63,487 bases of DNA, filler included, from Salisapilia sapeloensis CBS 127946 (GCA_023334545.1; 11 parts of 11 records of this genome joined end to end with filler, not necessarily neighbours in it); one strand, 5' to 3'. Shown: positions 1-13,737, counted from the whole stretch's first letter. Program-made: numbers and translations. The notes: generated from the sequence alone by a model not told the origin.

Positions 1-1230
1 CGAGTGGCTTTTACGTCTACCTACTAAGCTGGAGAGCTGTGTGTGTATTTAGAGAACTATTACGACTACCCAGATTGAACGATTGCAGCGCACTTTTATC
101 TTATCGGCATAGTTGAGAAGCTCGGATGATTGGAGCAGGAACTCGGAGCGAAAGTGGGTGCTTTGATGAGGTATGCCAATCTGATCGCTCGTAGTGGGCA
201 TAAGATCATGCAATCCCGTAGGGGAATACTAGGTGGTGTCGCAGAAAGGAGTCGAGCAATGTTGGTTGATATTTTACTACCTCTACTGCCATGGTCAATT
301 ATGCAATGTTCATATTATTTCATTTATAATGCTCCATTCACGCTCATTCAGCGCACAATTAGACCTCGCATTATTTTATAATCCATACATCAAGTTGTTT
401 GGTCGCACCTTGGCAGCCGAACTGACAGATACTGCGCTCTGAAGAGGATCATGTAGAAGGCTTCTGTAAAGATTGAGACCACCACAAGGGTTTTTGTTCC
501 TGAAATCTAGAAATTAAGACCAAGGACTTTGTACTATTTTACTATCTCGAGGAAATTGCGTCGAGAGGTAGCATGGGCTGCTGGAAATACCTTTGGACAG
601 TCGCTCCAATTAGCGACTAGATCAAGTCGAAAATCTGTTTCTTGTTGTGGCTATGCGTGTAAGGATAGTACTTGGTCAAATGCAAGCGAAAACAATGTGA
701 TTGTCAAAGAGTCTGTAGATAAAGATGATTTTCATTTATGTAGTTCAGACGATTAGATACAATGTTAGCTTTGAAACACTTGGCGGTAGATGTATGCCTG
801 ACTGGATCTGTGCGGACATTATAGGCGTTAGAAGATAGAGGCATAGCTTAAAACCTAAAGTGAAAGTCTGAGCAGTGCTGCGAGACAGCATTGGGTATGC
901 ATAGAGTCTTTTGCGAAATGGTTAACAGTGGCTTGGGCGGTGGTATTATCGGGATGCATGTCTACTGTTCGACTAGCCTCCATCTCCTATGCTATGCTTG
1001 CTGCGTATTGCACATCGTTGCTATTTATAGGCACTATAAACCATCCAGACAAAAGAGCAATCGTTGTACAACAATAGACCGCATCGAACTAATCGGACGA
1101 GTGTTGCTTGTGGAAGCACAATTTGCTCAGCATCAACCGCTTGTTGTTTACTGTCTGCACTACACGCCCGCCCGCCAGTTCCGCCCAACAGGGTCATTAG
1201 ACAACTTATTGCAAAAAGCAAGTAGTGAAA

Positions 1231-1330
1231 NNNNNNNNNNNNNNNNNNNNNNNNNNNNNNNNNNNNNNNNNNNNTTAATTAATTAANNNNNNNNNNNNNN
1301 NNNNNNNNNNNNNNNNNNNNNNNNNNNNNN
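1231..1330. other. Assembly spacer (44 N + TTAATTAATTAA + 44 N)
   Basis: Directly visible; 100 bp; linker gives stops in all frames. Confidence 0.99.
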
Positions 1331-3318
1331 AATGCAGCTCTGCATTAGACCCAGAAGCATTCGTTGCAACGATACCTGCCGTACTCAAGAAGGATTTGAA
1401 ATTGATTGATCGACAGACAGCTCACTTCTTACCAAGTGACATGTTAACAGATCTGGGAAGTGATCGAAATGAGTCAAGCTTTGCGGGCAACGGAATGGTG
1501 CACATCGTGATAGACCAAACTCAAACTCCGTGAGTATTTACCGTCATTTTAATGCCGAATGTGTTTAAAGTTCTTGCGGTGAAAGTACAAAAGATATGGT
1601 GCAGGCTTACACTGTAGCAATTGAGGATATGAATGGCTTGGTGTTGTTGTAATATACTTCTACTGATTCTCTTTATCAAAATAAAGTGAATCTGCGCCCG
1701 ACTCTATATACTAGACCACTGTCGATCTTTACCATCTTTGGACACAATTATCACACTCTTCTGTTGCTTTATGTCATTTCATTAATCGACAAAGCTTCGT
1801 CACTCTGGGTATAAAATCGTAGAGCATCCTGTCGTACTCTCAAGGCAGATCTGAGCTTGTTGTCAAGATATAATCAGACTTTTAGATGAAGCTGCGCCGG
1901 CTTTGTGTGCTAGTCCAAAGTAGAAGCGAAATCTTTATAAGCGGTAATCAAAACAGATTGCCCATCTCACAGTTGACCCACTCGTGCCCAACTCAGACGC
2001 GTGTGCATCTCGTTCGAGGCAACAGTTGCATCTGCAATTGTATCACGATCACCTCATCTGATAAAAGACTTGACCATGAATAAGATGTTACTGCTACGTA
2101 CCACTGTGTTATATAATCAATATGCCATCTCTAAAGCGTTTCACTTACGTGCTACTTTATTGCTTTAGTCTACTAGCGTTTGTTTTATTTGAAAGTATAC
2201 CACCATGGTGTCGCCATAAGCTACACTTGCCTCCATCGATATGAGTATGCGCTTTAAAAATGCTTATATACTCGCAGAAACTCTTTGCAGATTTATTTCT
2301 TGATATATCTGATAACTGTGCTGATTAACCGCCAAGATGTGGCGGAAGCGAATCTTTTTCATCTGAGACTACCCACCTTTCATCTTAGATGATAAAAACG
2401 TTGGATTTGAATGGTGTTACTACGTTGTTCATGACACGTGAGCACTATAAACTGATAGATATGATGGATGCAATGATACGTCCTTGATTGCATTGGAGTT
2501 GGAGCATTAAGTCAGTAGTATACGATTGCTGTGAATGCTAGTATAGTGCTGACATTCGTTTATCTATGGTAGCTTTCTCTAGCTAATTGATACATATGCC
2601 ATACAACATACTGACTCCACCGGTGCATCAAAACCACGTACAGGGCAGTTTTTATTATAGACCAAGACTGTGCAAACGAGATATCTTTTCTTCGTGTCTT
2701 TTAGACGCGAAGTATTGCTGGGTTTGTACTGAGTGGTAGCTTGGCTAATATATTCCAAGTCTAGAGGTTAGTCTTTACATGCTTGTGAAGGTTTCTGAAG
2801 CAGTGTTATAGATATATTTTCGTTCGTCGATGTCTAGCTCAATTAACTCGAGTGTATGGCAAGTAAAATCACATTCGCGAAAGCTCGAGCAACAGTCACA
2901 TTCGTATCTGCATTAAACGTAGCTTCCTATCGATCTCTAGCAGTTATGCCAAAGTATTTAAATCTTGATTTCCTATGTCTAAATCTTGTGATATTGTACA
3001 ACTAAAGAGCAGCAGACGATACAGCGAAAGTAATAATCCAAGTCACAGGTTATAGTATTGCTTTCAAAAGTCTTATTCTACCACCAGCAGCAGCATACCA
3101 TCTCATTCTACTTCTAAGTGACAAATCTTTATTTGTTATATGGATATTACCGCAGCCGAGACTAAAAAGTAAGGATTACGACATGGCCAGAGCGTAAGAT
3201 CTGTCGAAATGGCATTAATCCACCAATATTAAATATCGAGGTTTTTAATTGGTCATATCAATTCTTACAGTCACGACACAAAACAACTAAAGGAGCTATC
3301 GAGCCAGAGGAGGAGGTC

Positions 3319-4551
3319 ATGGCACTACATCCAGACGATTCCTTGGATGACCAGGAGACGTCAGCTTTATCCCAAGCTTCTACACTCGAGCTAGGTCTCA
3401 CGGGAATGCTATTTGGTATCATTCACGTCCTCACAGGTACACAATGCTCCGTACCAGAGCATTTGAGACATCCTTATTAGCGTTTTTCATCTTTCAGAGA
3501 CTGTATCTAACGTCCTGTACTATCAATCTAGGTCCAGACCATTTAAGTGCATTAGCAACATTGAGTTGTGGGTCTTCCTGGCGGTCATTCGCATTAGGTG
3601 TGCGATGGGGATGTGGGCATAGCCTCGGATTGATTATCATGGCTATCATTTTCCTCCTATTGGACGGTCAAATGGACTTTTCGCAGCTAAATGAAGTCAC
3701 AGATGTGATCGTTGGTCTATTCATGATTGCCCTAGGTGTCTACGGTGTCTTTTCAGGTGTCAAGAACAAAGACAAGATGATCAAAAAGCAGGATACAGAA
3801 GTCGAAAAGGCTGGTGGGAAACGTGGGTACGTCGAATGTGGTCAGCCAACAGATACAGAAAGCTCTGCGTCATCTCCACAGGTCAAACGACGGACAAGAT
3901 CGTCGAGTGTTGATAGTGACGAGCCAGTGGGTGAAGTAGAGTTAAGCGTTACTAGACTATCGAAGGTGAAGAAAGATGAAGTTGAGTTGGAAGACTCACT
4001 AGAAAAGGATGAGAACAGTCATGAAATGGAAACGGAGGAAACGGCTAGTCCAGCAGAAAGTGTCCGTGGCCTCTTGGCAGATGGGACACCTCGGAGCGAA
4101 GGAGTCAACATGGAGGATGAAGCGAAGCAAGAGAAGGATAAAGCCTGCTGTAGCTGCACATCGATTGACTTCCGGAACGCTCAGACACAAAAAGTAATAG
4201 CTTTAGGAGGTTACCGGTGTACCTTAGCTAACTTAATTGTAGGCAACCGCGTTGTTGGTAGGTGTTGTTCATGGCATCGCTGGACCAGGTGGTGTGCTCG
4301 GTGTATTGCCGGCAGTCGGACTGCATAACACATTCAAGTCTGTCGTGTACCTCGGTTCATTTTGTCTGTTTTCCATCGGTACGATGGGTCTCTTTGCTGC
4401 AATGTATGGAGAAGCAACGGGTCGATTGGGTGACCGAAGCGCGACGCTGGCGTTTCGATTAAATATCTTTTCATCGTTGCTTTCTGTTGTCGTTGGCATC
4501 GTCTGGTTGACGTTAACCGCGATGGGAAAGTTGCAGGATGTGTTTGGATAA
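3319..4551 (+). CDS. NiCoT/UreH-like (nickel/cobalt transporter-like) multi-pass membrane protein, 3 exons
   Basis: ATG 3319; GT-AG introns 3437-3531 and 4194-4242 with CTAAC branch sites join HVLTG-PDH and GVVHGIAGPGG His motifs; several hydrophobic helices; long acidic central loop. Confidence 0.75.
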
Positions 4552-6282
4552 GTAAAGTTGTAATAGGATGCAAGAAACTCTGGCTTTGTCGTAGACTTTC
4601 TGTATCTGTATGTGAAAGCAACATGCTCCCGTTTCTTTTGTCGACACGACTTGGAGGTCTTTAGGTACGTGATGCGTCATAGATGTTGATTTTCTGCGTA
4701 GAAAGAGGCCTATGCATTTGATTTTGGTGTATCTACCGTTACAGCTGCTAGGGAGGCTAAATACCAGTGGTGGTAGACTGCCATGATGCTTTAACTTGTA
4801 ACAACAACAACAAGAAAGACATTAACAAAGTCGTTGATGTGATGAATTTCTGAGCGTTTGAATAAAGGGGACAAAGATGCATTTTTTGCGATTGATATTA
4901 CGCAACCTATCGCTCTAACTCTAAGCAGCTTTAGGCGCCAACTGCCAGTCCATTCAAAGCTACAAATATGCAGATCCATTTGCTTACTTTCATGCATTAA
5001 GTTAAAGTAATGAGCAAGTTGCTGTTTGAAGGGTCGCTTCTCTGCTCAAAATTATTTTAAGCCACCCCCGGAGGTGGCTTGGATTTATATTAAGCATAAG
5101 CAAAGCCTCAATGTAAGCAGAATTTTTAGTAACTTCGACCCGTTCTAATGGGATTGAAACCGAAAGGAAAGAAATGAAAATAACGAATTCAACTTGACTC
5201 GACAAACAAATAGCGTTGTGTACCATAGCCCAAATGGACCTCTTGGTGCCGACGACATTCGTGATAAAAATATATAATACACTCCATTCCAGACCGCCGA
5301 TCTGATGTTCGACCATTTAATGGCGGTGTCCAGGTGTTCCTTCGTGTTATCACTGCAAAATCTCTCCTTTTTGTTTCCCTCCTCCTTTTTAGACTCTTCG
5401 TGTTTTTCATTATGGCTTTCGAATCGACGAGCTATTTCCCATCCTGCCAGTAACATCAAATCTTCATCAGTCACCTCGCAAGGCTGCATCGGAAATTAGT
5501 AAGTTATAGTTATTGCCGAAAAGACTGCTGCTTCGAGCACAAAAGAGAATGTGGGATCATCCAGCTCGACGATTCGGAGGGAAGAATGCAGCTTAGAGTT
5601 CGTCAGATGTTCCTACAAGGCGACAGATTACGTGAGCAGTGCTGTTCATGGAACTTGGAAGAGAGCTCTTGGAGGATGGTAGCTAGTCGCTCTCTTGATA
5701 AAGTGGTTTCAGGCAGGTTGCTTCGTGAGACATTTTCGCTGTGAACAATGCACACTCTAGAAAAAGCGCATGTTAAGACAACACGAGAGGGAAAGAAAGA
5801 TATAGGTAGACCATTTGCTCCCAGTACTCGAGAGCAAGCACATAGTGGCTTAGCACATAGTGGCTTAGGTTGCGTCCGATTTCAAGGCAAAAAATAGGGT
5901 TCATCCTTTCCTCGAAGCTCCAATAAGCCTTCTTCGTGGATCATACTCTCGTTTGTACCTACTTCCTCCGTGTCCTTAATCCTCTCCGTCCAGCTTCCAG
6001 ACTGATAGCAGGAACCGCAACCTCCCCCAGATTGTTTATACTTGGTATTTGTATGCAAAGAAACGATATTGAAGTTATGCCAACGCGTCCTTGAAGTTGT
6101 GTCTGATAACTAAAGAAAGGATTTTATATAACAAAAGAAGTATCATTTCCATCGAGCAGCAGAGGAAATAATAGACATTTCGATCTCTCCTTTTGACTGT
6201 TGCGTACAAAAAATTAGAAAAGGTGGTCAATATCTTTTTGCTGCTAAGATATAGTCTGCTTCAAGTCAGCGATCTGCATTTT

Positions 6283-6648
6283 CTAATCGTAAAAGCATTT
6301 CTTCAGATCAGCGTTGGCCGCGCGTAGGTCCTTCATCTCTTGCTGAAAGTCTTGGATTTGGGCAGCCAGAATGTCAACGTTTTCGACATCGACATTTTCA
6401 ACCGGAAACGTGTACACAGGTGCGAATTCATGATTAAAGTTTGGCTGAAAGACTATCTTTACCTCAATCCTTTTTATATTTGAATCGCAAAGCGGAACCA
6501 TCCTCATACTTGTTACCCAACTTTTTATACGATTCCTAAGCGCACGAGAATGTATGTTGTATAGAGTCATACGAATGTTGGAAAACGAAAGATATAGTGA
6601 CGAATGGGACGAGGGTAGTGCGTGAGATCTGGACATTCGACGGTCCAA
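6283..6648 (-). CDS. Hypothetical protein or relic resembling an oomycete family ending in YTF..V.V..VDILxAxIxDxQxE coiled-coil
   Basis: ORF C-terminal half resembles a recalled oomycete hypothetical family; no clear start. Confidence 0.3.
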   Translation of the reverse strand: MDRRMSRSHALPSSHSSLYLSFSNIRMTLYNIHSRALRNRIKSWVTSMRMVPLCDSNIKRIEVKIVFQPNFNHEFAPVYTFPVENVDVENVDILAAQIQDFQQEMKDLRAANADLKKCFYD

Positions 6649-7291
6649 ATTTCTTCATGCTTTCGTCGTCCACGACACATTTCCTGTTCAAGATTTAGCT
6701 CCTAGATCATGTTGAGGCAAGTGGAAATGGAGATTAACATTAAAGCTTATCCACTTCATGCTGCAAATTGATGACGGTTTCGCAATTGTCGGATACGATG
6801 TGAAACTCATATGAACCGCTGGGCATGCCCTTACAGCTCTTAAACTTGGAAATGTCAAAAGATTTACGCGTATCTTTGAAATGGGTCGGTAGAGCCTTTT
6901 TACTCATTTCGATTTTTCCGAGCTACTTGAACTGGAGGGAGAAAATTGTATAATGACACTAGATTACCATTCTTCATGCAAAGGTTTTTTATCCAATTGA
7001 ACAAGTTTCTACAAAACCTTGTGCATTTGATTCACCTTTATTCCTTGCAGAGACTAGTTAGTAACTCTGCTAGATGCTTGTTTATTTTGCAGATAACTCT
7101 CAGTAGATTTAGTGTACTGGTAAGGATAAAAATGTAGTAAACACTTCGTTTCCATGAACGCCGCACAGCAATATGCCACTGTCTAAAATATAACATTATC
7201 TAGTTAATTACTTAGCTGAATAGTGCTGTCATATATCTGTTAATTGTTGCAAACTGACAACGAATCGAGCAACAAGATCTGCAAACCGAGG

Positions 7292-9316
7292 ATGGCGTCT
7301 TCACTAGCTCTAGGCGCTACAGATCTTGCTATTTGCATAGTCTATATGCTCTCTGTTCTTACCGTCGGACTCTACTTTACATTACGAGAACGTTGGGCTA
7401 GAGAGAAAATCAAAGCCCAATTATCCAGTGGACAGGATGAGCAGGTGCTAGAAAATTACTACCTAGGGGGTCGCAAGATACCCTGGTGGGCACTAGCAGT
7501 CGCTGATGTCAGCTCCTATATTGACATTAGCGGTACTATGATCAATACGGCTCTAGTCTACGCTTTAGGAATCAGAGGGATGTACATTGAAGCTAGAGGC
7601 GGTCTGTGTCTATTTCTGGCGTTTCAATTAGGGTACACTGGAAAGTTATCTCGACGATGCCCTGTGAAAACCCGAGCTGAATGGTTATATAAATTCTTTG
7701 CTAGTGTATTCGACAAGTGAATCTTACATGTTCGATAGGATCAAATTTCGATTTGGAACGGACAAGCAAGCAGTATGGCTACGTACATTGATTGCTATTA
7801 CATCCATGCTCAGTGGTATGCTAATGGTAACCTACTTTGCCGTCGGCGGAGGTAGTTCTGTTGTACTTGCATATTCTTCACTGGAAATACTGAAGACTGT
7901 GTACTAGGAAAATTTGTGACTGAGTTTATCCATATCCCAGCATACCTGTCATTACCATCAGAATTCTGGGCCGCCTTGGGTCTCATGCTTACAGCACTAG
8001 TGTACACACTAGCTTCCGGATTCTCTTCCGTCGTGTACACAGATGTGTATCAGAGCTTTTTCATCTTTGCGTCTTTTACGATCGTTGCTGTCTTTGGGAT
8101 GCTCACTCCCTTACCACCCAGTTTTACAGTCTACCTTCCATCCCTTCACTCTTCTGTACCTGTTGCTCAGCATGTATCCTACGAGCACTGGGCCACGGCT
8201 TCTGTCCCACATCACTTGGACGTGCCGTCATCCAGTTCCTACGTTTCCTACGAACAGTTTCAAATTGTTATTGTAAGCTATTTGTTACTACAAATGCTTC
8301 GTTCGTCGTCAGGTCCTGGTGGATCTGGCTTACAGACGGTACTAGCTACCAAAAGCGAAAAAGAAGTACGATCTCAAACGTTTCTAGCGATGTTACTACT
8401 AGCTCTGCGCTGGGCTTTTAGCGGTGGCGTCGCAGTACTGGCTATCCACGCGACGCTCCAGTCACCAAGTACAGTCATTGAGCCAGAGAAAGTGGTTCCA
8501 TTTGTCATTGACCAGATGCTCCCTGTCGGCATCAAAGGTTTCGTCCTTGCATCTCTCTTGGCAGCTGCGTTAACGACCTTTGACACGACGATCAACAGCT
8601 CTTCCGCGTACTGGACGGTGGATATCTATCAAGCTCGATTGAACCCAGACGCAACGGATAAGCAGTTGATGTGGCATGCGAGAGTGTCCACACTAGTCGT
8701 CATGCTAAGTGGACTCTTCCTGTCGCTCTATGTCAATACGATCAATCGCGTATGGGGTTTCTCGACTGTTGCTCTTGCCGGTGGATTCGTCTGGCCATAC
8801 TTTTTGTCGTGGTACTGGGCTCGATTCAACGCCATTAGCTGTTTAGGAGGAATCGTACTAGGTGTCGGTAGTGCTTTCTTTCTATTCTTCTTCTACCCGC
8901 ATATGACGATGCTATCCTGTTTGCTCATCACCAACAGCGTTTCTGGTGCTGCCTGTATTATAATCTGTTTAGTGACAGAACCGACACAAATGAAGACCGT
9001 CCGACGCTTCTACAAGTTTGCACGACCGCCTGGAATGTGGTCACCCATCCGTCAGATGTGTTACGGAGAGGAAACGCTAAAGTCAATTACCCAAGAAAAC
9101 CGAACAGATCTGGCATCCACATTACTCATTGGCACCGTCCAAGTGTGCTGCTACATGTTGGCAGTGAGTGTCGTTGCCAGAGCTTGGGTCCAATCTGCGG
9201 TCTTGGGTGCTATTGTTGCGTTGGGAAGTCCGTTGATATACTTTAAGTGGTACAAGAAGCTACGAGATTATCCGGTCGGTATGAAGGAAAACGAGCTGTT
9301 GAATGAGGAAGAGTAA
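7292..9316 (+). CDS. Sodium:solute symporter (SSS/SLC5) family transporter, 3 exons
   Basis: YYLGGRKIPWW and AAALTTFDTTINSSSAYWTVDIY motifs; about 13 TM segments; introns 7684-7738 and 7852-7907 restore a continuous frame. Confidence 0.9.
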
Positions 9317-12300
9317 TAGTCGAACAGGGAACGTATAAGCTGAATGCAAATATAGACTCTGATCGGTACGAAGCGCTGTGTATGTTTAAACTCTTTAGCA
9401 GACATCCATTAGTTCATTTCGAGAGTACATCTAAACGTTGAACCTCATCTAGTGGTTTGTCCCTAGGCTAAAGGTAGCAATATGGATGAATGCAATCGAG
9501 CATGCTTGGGTAGAACAGTATGTGTTTATTGATGAAGCGAGATATGTGATCTCTGCTGCTTGCTCATAGTAAATGACTAGTTGCCTTTTGACACTGAAAT
9601 CATCCATGCTTCCAAGTAACTTGACGTTGTAGATCCCACTGCAGACGCAACACAGGACAGTTTATCATGCTACGAGATTGTCGTTTCTGAATTGATCTGT
9701 TTGGATATCCGTCATTTACGTCTTAACGGTAAAATGGTATGACTCACGTAAAATGAACTATTGTTTTGGTTCTCTTGACATATAGATGATCGCTTCTGTT
9801 GTGAATGGGAGAAAAAATTAATAAGTCGGTACAAAGAAATAGAAGACATTGACTCATAGAATTAGTACTGTCGTGCGTTTTTTGGTAAGATAGTCACAAC
9901 GACTGCGAGATCTTATAAAATTCGTTTTATATAAACAGAAGTAAGTCTTTATTGTGAGGCTATTTCAAAATAAAATACACAATTGCTGTTATATCGGTTT
10001 GGGTTCTTTCTAGATACACAACTACACTTGCTTCAAGTTTGTGAACGGAGAATCTTGTAGATTTGTACCGAAGACAATAGCGTATCTAGTAAAATATTGC
10101 CCAAAGGTTTATTTGCTTTACTTTGTACTGTATTAGGATGGCTCTGTATATCCAACTCTAGCTGCTTACAATGATAGAACTACGACGATAGTACATGTCA
10201 ATTAATTTTCCTCTCTATTATGGTGTATGCTAGAGCTTACAGATCTCGTCTTGAATTCAATGCAAGAAGCAAATGATGTATGAATGCCTGTTGTATTCTG
10301 TGCTGGAAGCATTTTTATTTGCTCTCGTGTAGTTTAGGGTCAGAGTAAGACAGCGAACATCGTGGTGGACAGTGAGGCCGATCATGCGAGATAAATCTTT
10401 CAAAAAGCCAGCAGTATCTACTTTGTTATTGCTTACAATTGCTATAGATGCCATCGTAAGCATTTCACGATGTAGATGAACGAAAGACACTCATTTCTTA
10501 CAGCCTCTGCAGACGAACATCACTCTCTGTACTCACCATTTCATTTAAGTTCAACGCAGGGTGCGCCTATGAAACAAAAAGCATAATATGGCATATTTAT
10601 TCCCGCCTAGCGACATCTAGATCTTGTGAATCTGGATGACATTTATTGTTTGCGTTTGAACCTAGAGGAGTTCATACTTTTATTCACGACAATTTTGCTT
10701 TCATTAGTCGCGTCTTTGATCAAATTATAGTCGTATTAATCTCGTTCGTGAAGGCTAGGACACAAGTACCATAGTCGTAGTTTGCACTTTTATAGGCTTT
10801 ATCTTGTGTACCATCACAGCTATTGACCAGAAGTATTTTATCGAATGTGCTATCTGCCAAATAGTTTGTAGTCTATCACTTCATGTATAAACTTTTTGTC
10901 GAAGCAATATTATGTTTTTTAAGTGTAGAAGATATCAATATCTGCATGGAGCACGCTAAGACACTTGCTTCCTGATATATTATTTGTTACCAAACGCATT
11001 AATGGGATCATTGAATCTTGGAAATGAGCAAACAGGATTGATATACATGTACTGACGGGTATCAATGACCGTATTAGGCAGTGAATACGCTTAGACAATT
11101 CTCTACAGTTACCTTATAAGCGATTCTTTCCAGCCAGTCTTGTTCTCTACTGTAATGCACGCTACAATCCAACTACGAAGATGTCTTCGAACGCGACACC
11201 ATTCGATCCAAGCAATGGACGACATCGACGCTGAGACCTTTTCCTCCTCTGCTTGGTGTGGCATAAACATATAAGCCACACACAAACAGCAACAGGAGTC
11301 TGTCACATCCTGTATTAGATTTTGTGACGACAACGCACATACGGGTGCTCTTGGCATCATCGCAGAGAGACTGGTGCGCATAGAGAAGGTTTGCAAGGCA
11401 TAAGAAACGCAAGTAGAGGTGCGGTGGATCCAGGATGCTGATGATGGACATTGAAGAAAGCGTGCCCTCTAGTGCTGGTGTTGTAGGTGATGTGGGTGAA
11501 AGAAGCGCTCGCCGTCGATGTACACAGTGGGACTTGGAGAATAAAGAATATTAGTATAAACATGGCGGGCGGTTAACTGCCCAGCACATGGGCACGAGGA
11601 CTGATTTGCATCCACGCATCTCGCTATGAGATGCGGACTGATATATTGCTGAACGCTTACAATGTTGCCTCTCTCATTCAGAGGAGATGCTCGAGGTGTC
11701 AGATACACCGAACTTGTACATGCACAGAATGCGAGTTGTGTCCATCTGTCTGGATACGCTCTTCCCTATGATCTGGCGAGAAAGTAGACCTACTCCGCGC
11801 CTTCTGACTCGCACTATGTTAAAGTATGATGCGCCTGCGACGAGCCATAAAGTTCGTAAGGCATCGTGTCAACAATGTCTCGCGCTTTCATAGCGCTTTC
11901 ATAGTTTATCTGGTCTGACTCGATCAGCAGGACGCTTTCTTCGGTTTCAACGAGGCGTTTCTAGGATTAGTTCGAGCCATTGGTAGACGGTAGAGCACAA
12001 CATAGACATGGGTTTTCCGGAAAAAATAAAAGGAATGGATCTTGTTCGATGTTGATGACCTCCTCGCGACGAGTCAGCGCACCTTGAACCGAGAGAACGA
12101 AAAAAGAAATCTCGATGGACGTCAAATGAAGTCCGATCCACTCATTGCATTTTGGATGGCCGACGCTTTCCGACCAAAAAACATTTCTCTGCGCCACCCC
12201 TTCGCCATCTGCCTCCGGCCTTAATAGCATAGTTTGGTCACGACGACGTACAGTCACGCACGTGCGGGTTCTCGAGCGCCAACCGACAAGATCCGCTGAC

Positions 12301-12351
12301 AATTTGACTTACCACTCGAAGGACACGCTATTTAATCCGCTACCGGGACGC

Positions 12352-13059
12352 ATGAGCCTCTACGCCCCCAACAGCGCCAGCGACCGTGGCAACTGGCGAC
12401 GCAAATATTTAAATGCGCTCAATATATTCCCCATGGACGCCCATAGCCGACCGCCACAGTCGCTCGGGTCGCGAACACCGTCTACGAAGCAACTAACGCC
12501 ACTATCAACCACTGCATCGACATCGGGAGACGACGTGACCTACTCGACGACTAAACGCGGTTGGAAAGGGTTTAAATCAAAAGGACGCAAATGGGCGAAC
12601 TGGAAGTCGACTAGTCAGTCTGAACCGAATAACAATAAGAACACATCGGCATCGGCACCGATTGCCATTCCCAAGACGTCACCGGAAATAGATGACGAAA
12701 GGACGCATCTGGATCCTGTTTCGGACGTGTTTGGCGCCAACAAATTCGGCCTCGACGACATTTGCGAGGAAAGTGGGGACGAAATCGAGTCCGAAAGTGA
12801 GTCATCGAGGTCGCCAGAGGACATGGACCCACTCTTTGATATGGACGAAGACGTGACATCGGCAACGATTCCCATTACGAAACCAAAGAAACAGAGCAAA
12901 AGGTTGAGCTCGAGTCGCCATCGGAAAGTTTCCGACGGGAGAGGCATGGGTTTCTCCGACTCGTTCGTGCCTCCGCATGAATTGAACAAGCCAGGCTTAT
13001 TCTCCCTCGGCGTCAAGAACGAAATGAAGCGCCATCGATACCATGGTGTCCGTATCTAA
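12352..13059 (+). CDS. Ser/acidic-rich hypothetical protein with SAPIAIP and FVPPHEL motifs
   Basis: Long open frame (12145-13059), first ATG 12352; conserved-looking C-terminal FVPPHELNKPGLFSLG. Confidence 0.7.
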   Translation: MSLYAPNSASDRGNWRRKYLNALNIFPMDAHSRPPQSLGSRTPSTKQLTPLSTTASTSGDDVTYSTTKRGWKGFKSKGRKWANWKSTSQSEPNNNKNTSASAPIAIPKTSPEIDDERTHLDPVSDVFGANKFGLDDICEESGDEIESESESSRSPEDMDPLFDMDEDVTSATIPITKPKKQSKRLSSSRHRKVSDGRGMGFSDSFVPPHELNKPGLFSLGVKNEMKRHRYHGVRI

Positions 13060-13310
13060 CCAACCACGGAAGCAACTTGAATAGGCTAGGAAAGCAACTC
13101 GTCGGGCAGTCAGTAGGACATGGACGTGACCATCGCACTAGGCGGAGGCAACGTTGCCACCCGAGAGAGACATGTGACGTAAATTAATTGAATCATAGTA
13201 AAACTGTAAACATTTCCGAGTCTTGCACCTTGCTTTCGTACAAAAACGCAGTCAAACGATCCTTGGATGGTATCTTGTGTATATTGCCTGTACACTAATT
13301 GATCCTCTCT

Positions 13311-13737
13311 TTATTCCGCCGCTGGCTCTGCCTCTTTCTCCGCTTCCTTCACTTCTTCTGTTGCTTCTGTTGCTTCCGTCGTTTCCTCCTTCTCTCCTAT
13401 CTTGATATGAGCAACTAGTTTTAAATCAGATATCAATGAAGTCCGTACCCTTTGTTTTCCAGTAGTCATCCATCTCGCTATCTAGTTTCTTACTGGCATG
13501 CTCCTCCGACTTGCCCCAATAGCTATCCATTTCACGGTCCAAATCTTCCGCCGTTCGAGGCTTTTGTGCCTTGCCTCCCTTGCGGCCACCTCGACCTCCT
13601 CGGCCGCCTCGACCACCTTTGCCTTTGCCTTTCTTCTCTCCCTGCGGCTTGGCAGAGCGTCTAGTGTTCTGCGGACGGTTGCCGCCATCGCGACCGCCGT
13701 CGCGACCGCCACGCCCACGAGGACCTCCACGAGCCAT
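13311..13737 (-). CDS. Small RGG-rich protein with duplicated FoP/CHTOP-type C-terminal motif, 2 exons
   Basis: RGG repeats followed by TAEDLDREMDSYW and KLDSEMDDYW; intron 13397-13448 gives an acidic tail ending at stop 13311. Confidence 0.8.

Noticed and set aside
1275-1286. TTAATTAATTAA palindrome repeated ten times
   Set aside because: Always centred in a 100-bp N spacer; artificial linker, not biology.
5002-5499. Overlapping short minus-strand ORFs as a degenerate gene
   Set aside because: No recognisable motif or consistent splice model.
5837-5866. Perfect 15-bp tandem duplication AGCACATAGTGGCTT x2
   Set aside because: Isolated slippage or excision footprint; no supporting element.
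7292-9316. Apparent excess of CTAG and CTA codons as a RIP- or methylation-like signature
   Set aside because: Impression only; needs oligonucleotide counts that I cannot run.
11109-11893. Cys/His-rich ORF fragments as a zinc-finger gene
   Set aside because: Frames are short and inconsistent; no family pattern.
11882-11903. 11-bp tandem duplication GCGCTTTCATA x2
   Set aside because: Isolated and short; no context.
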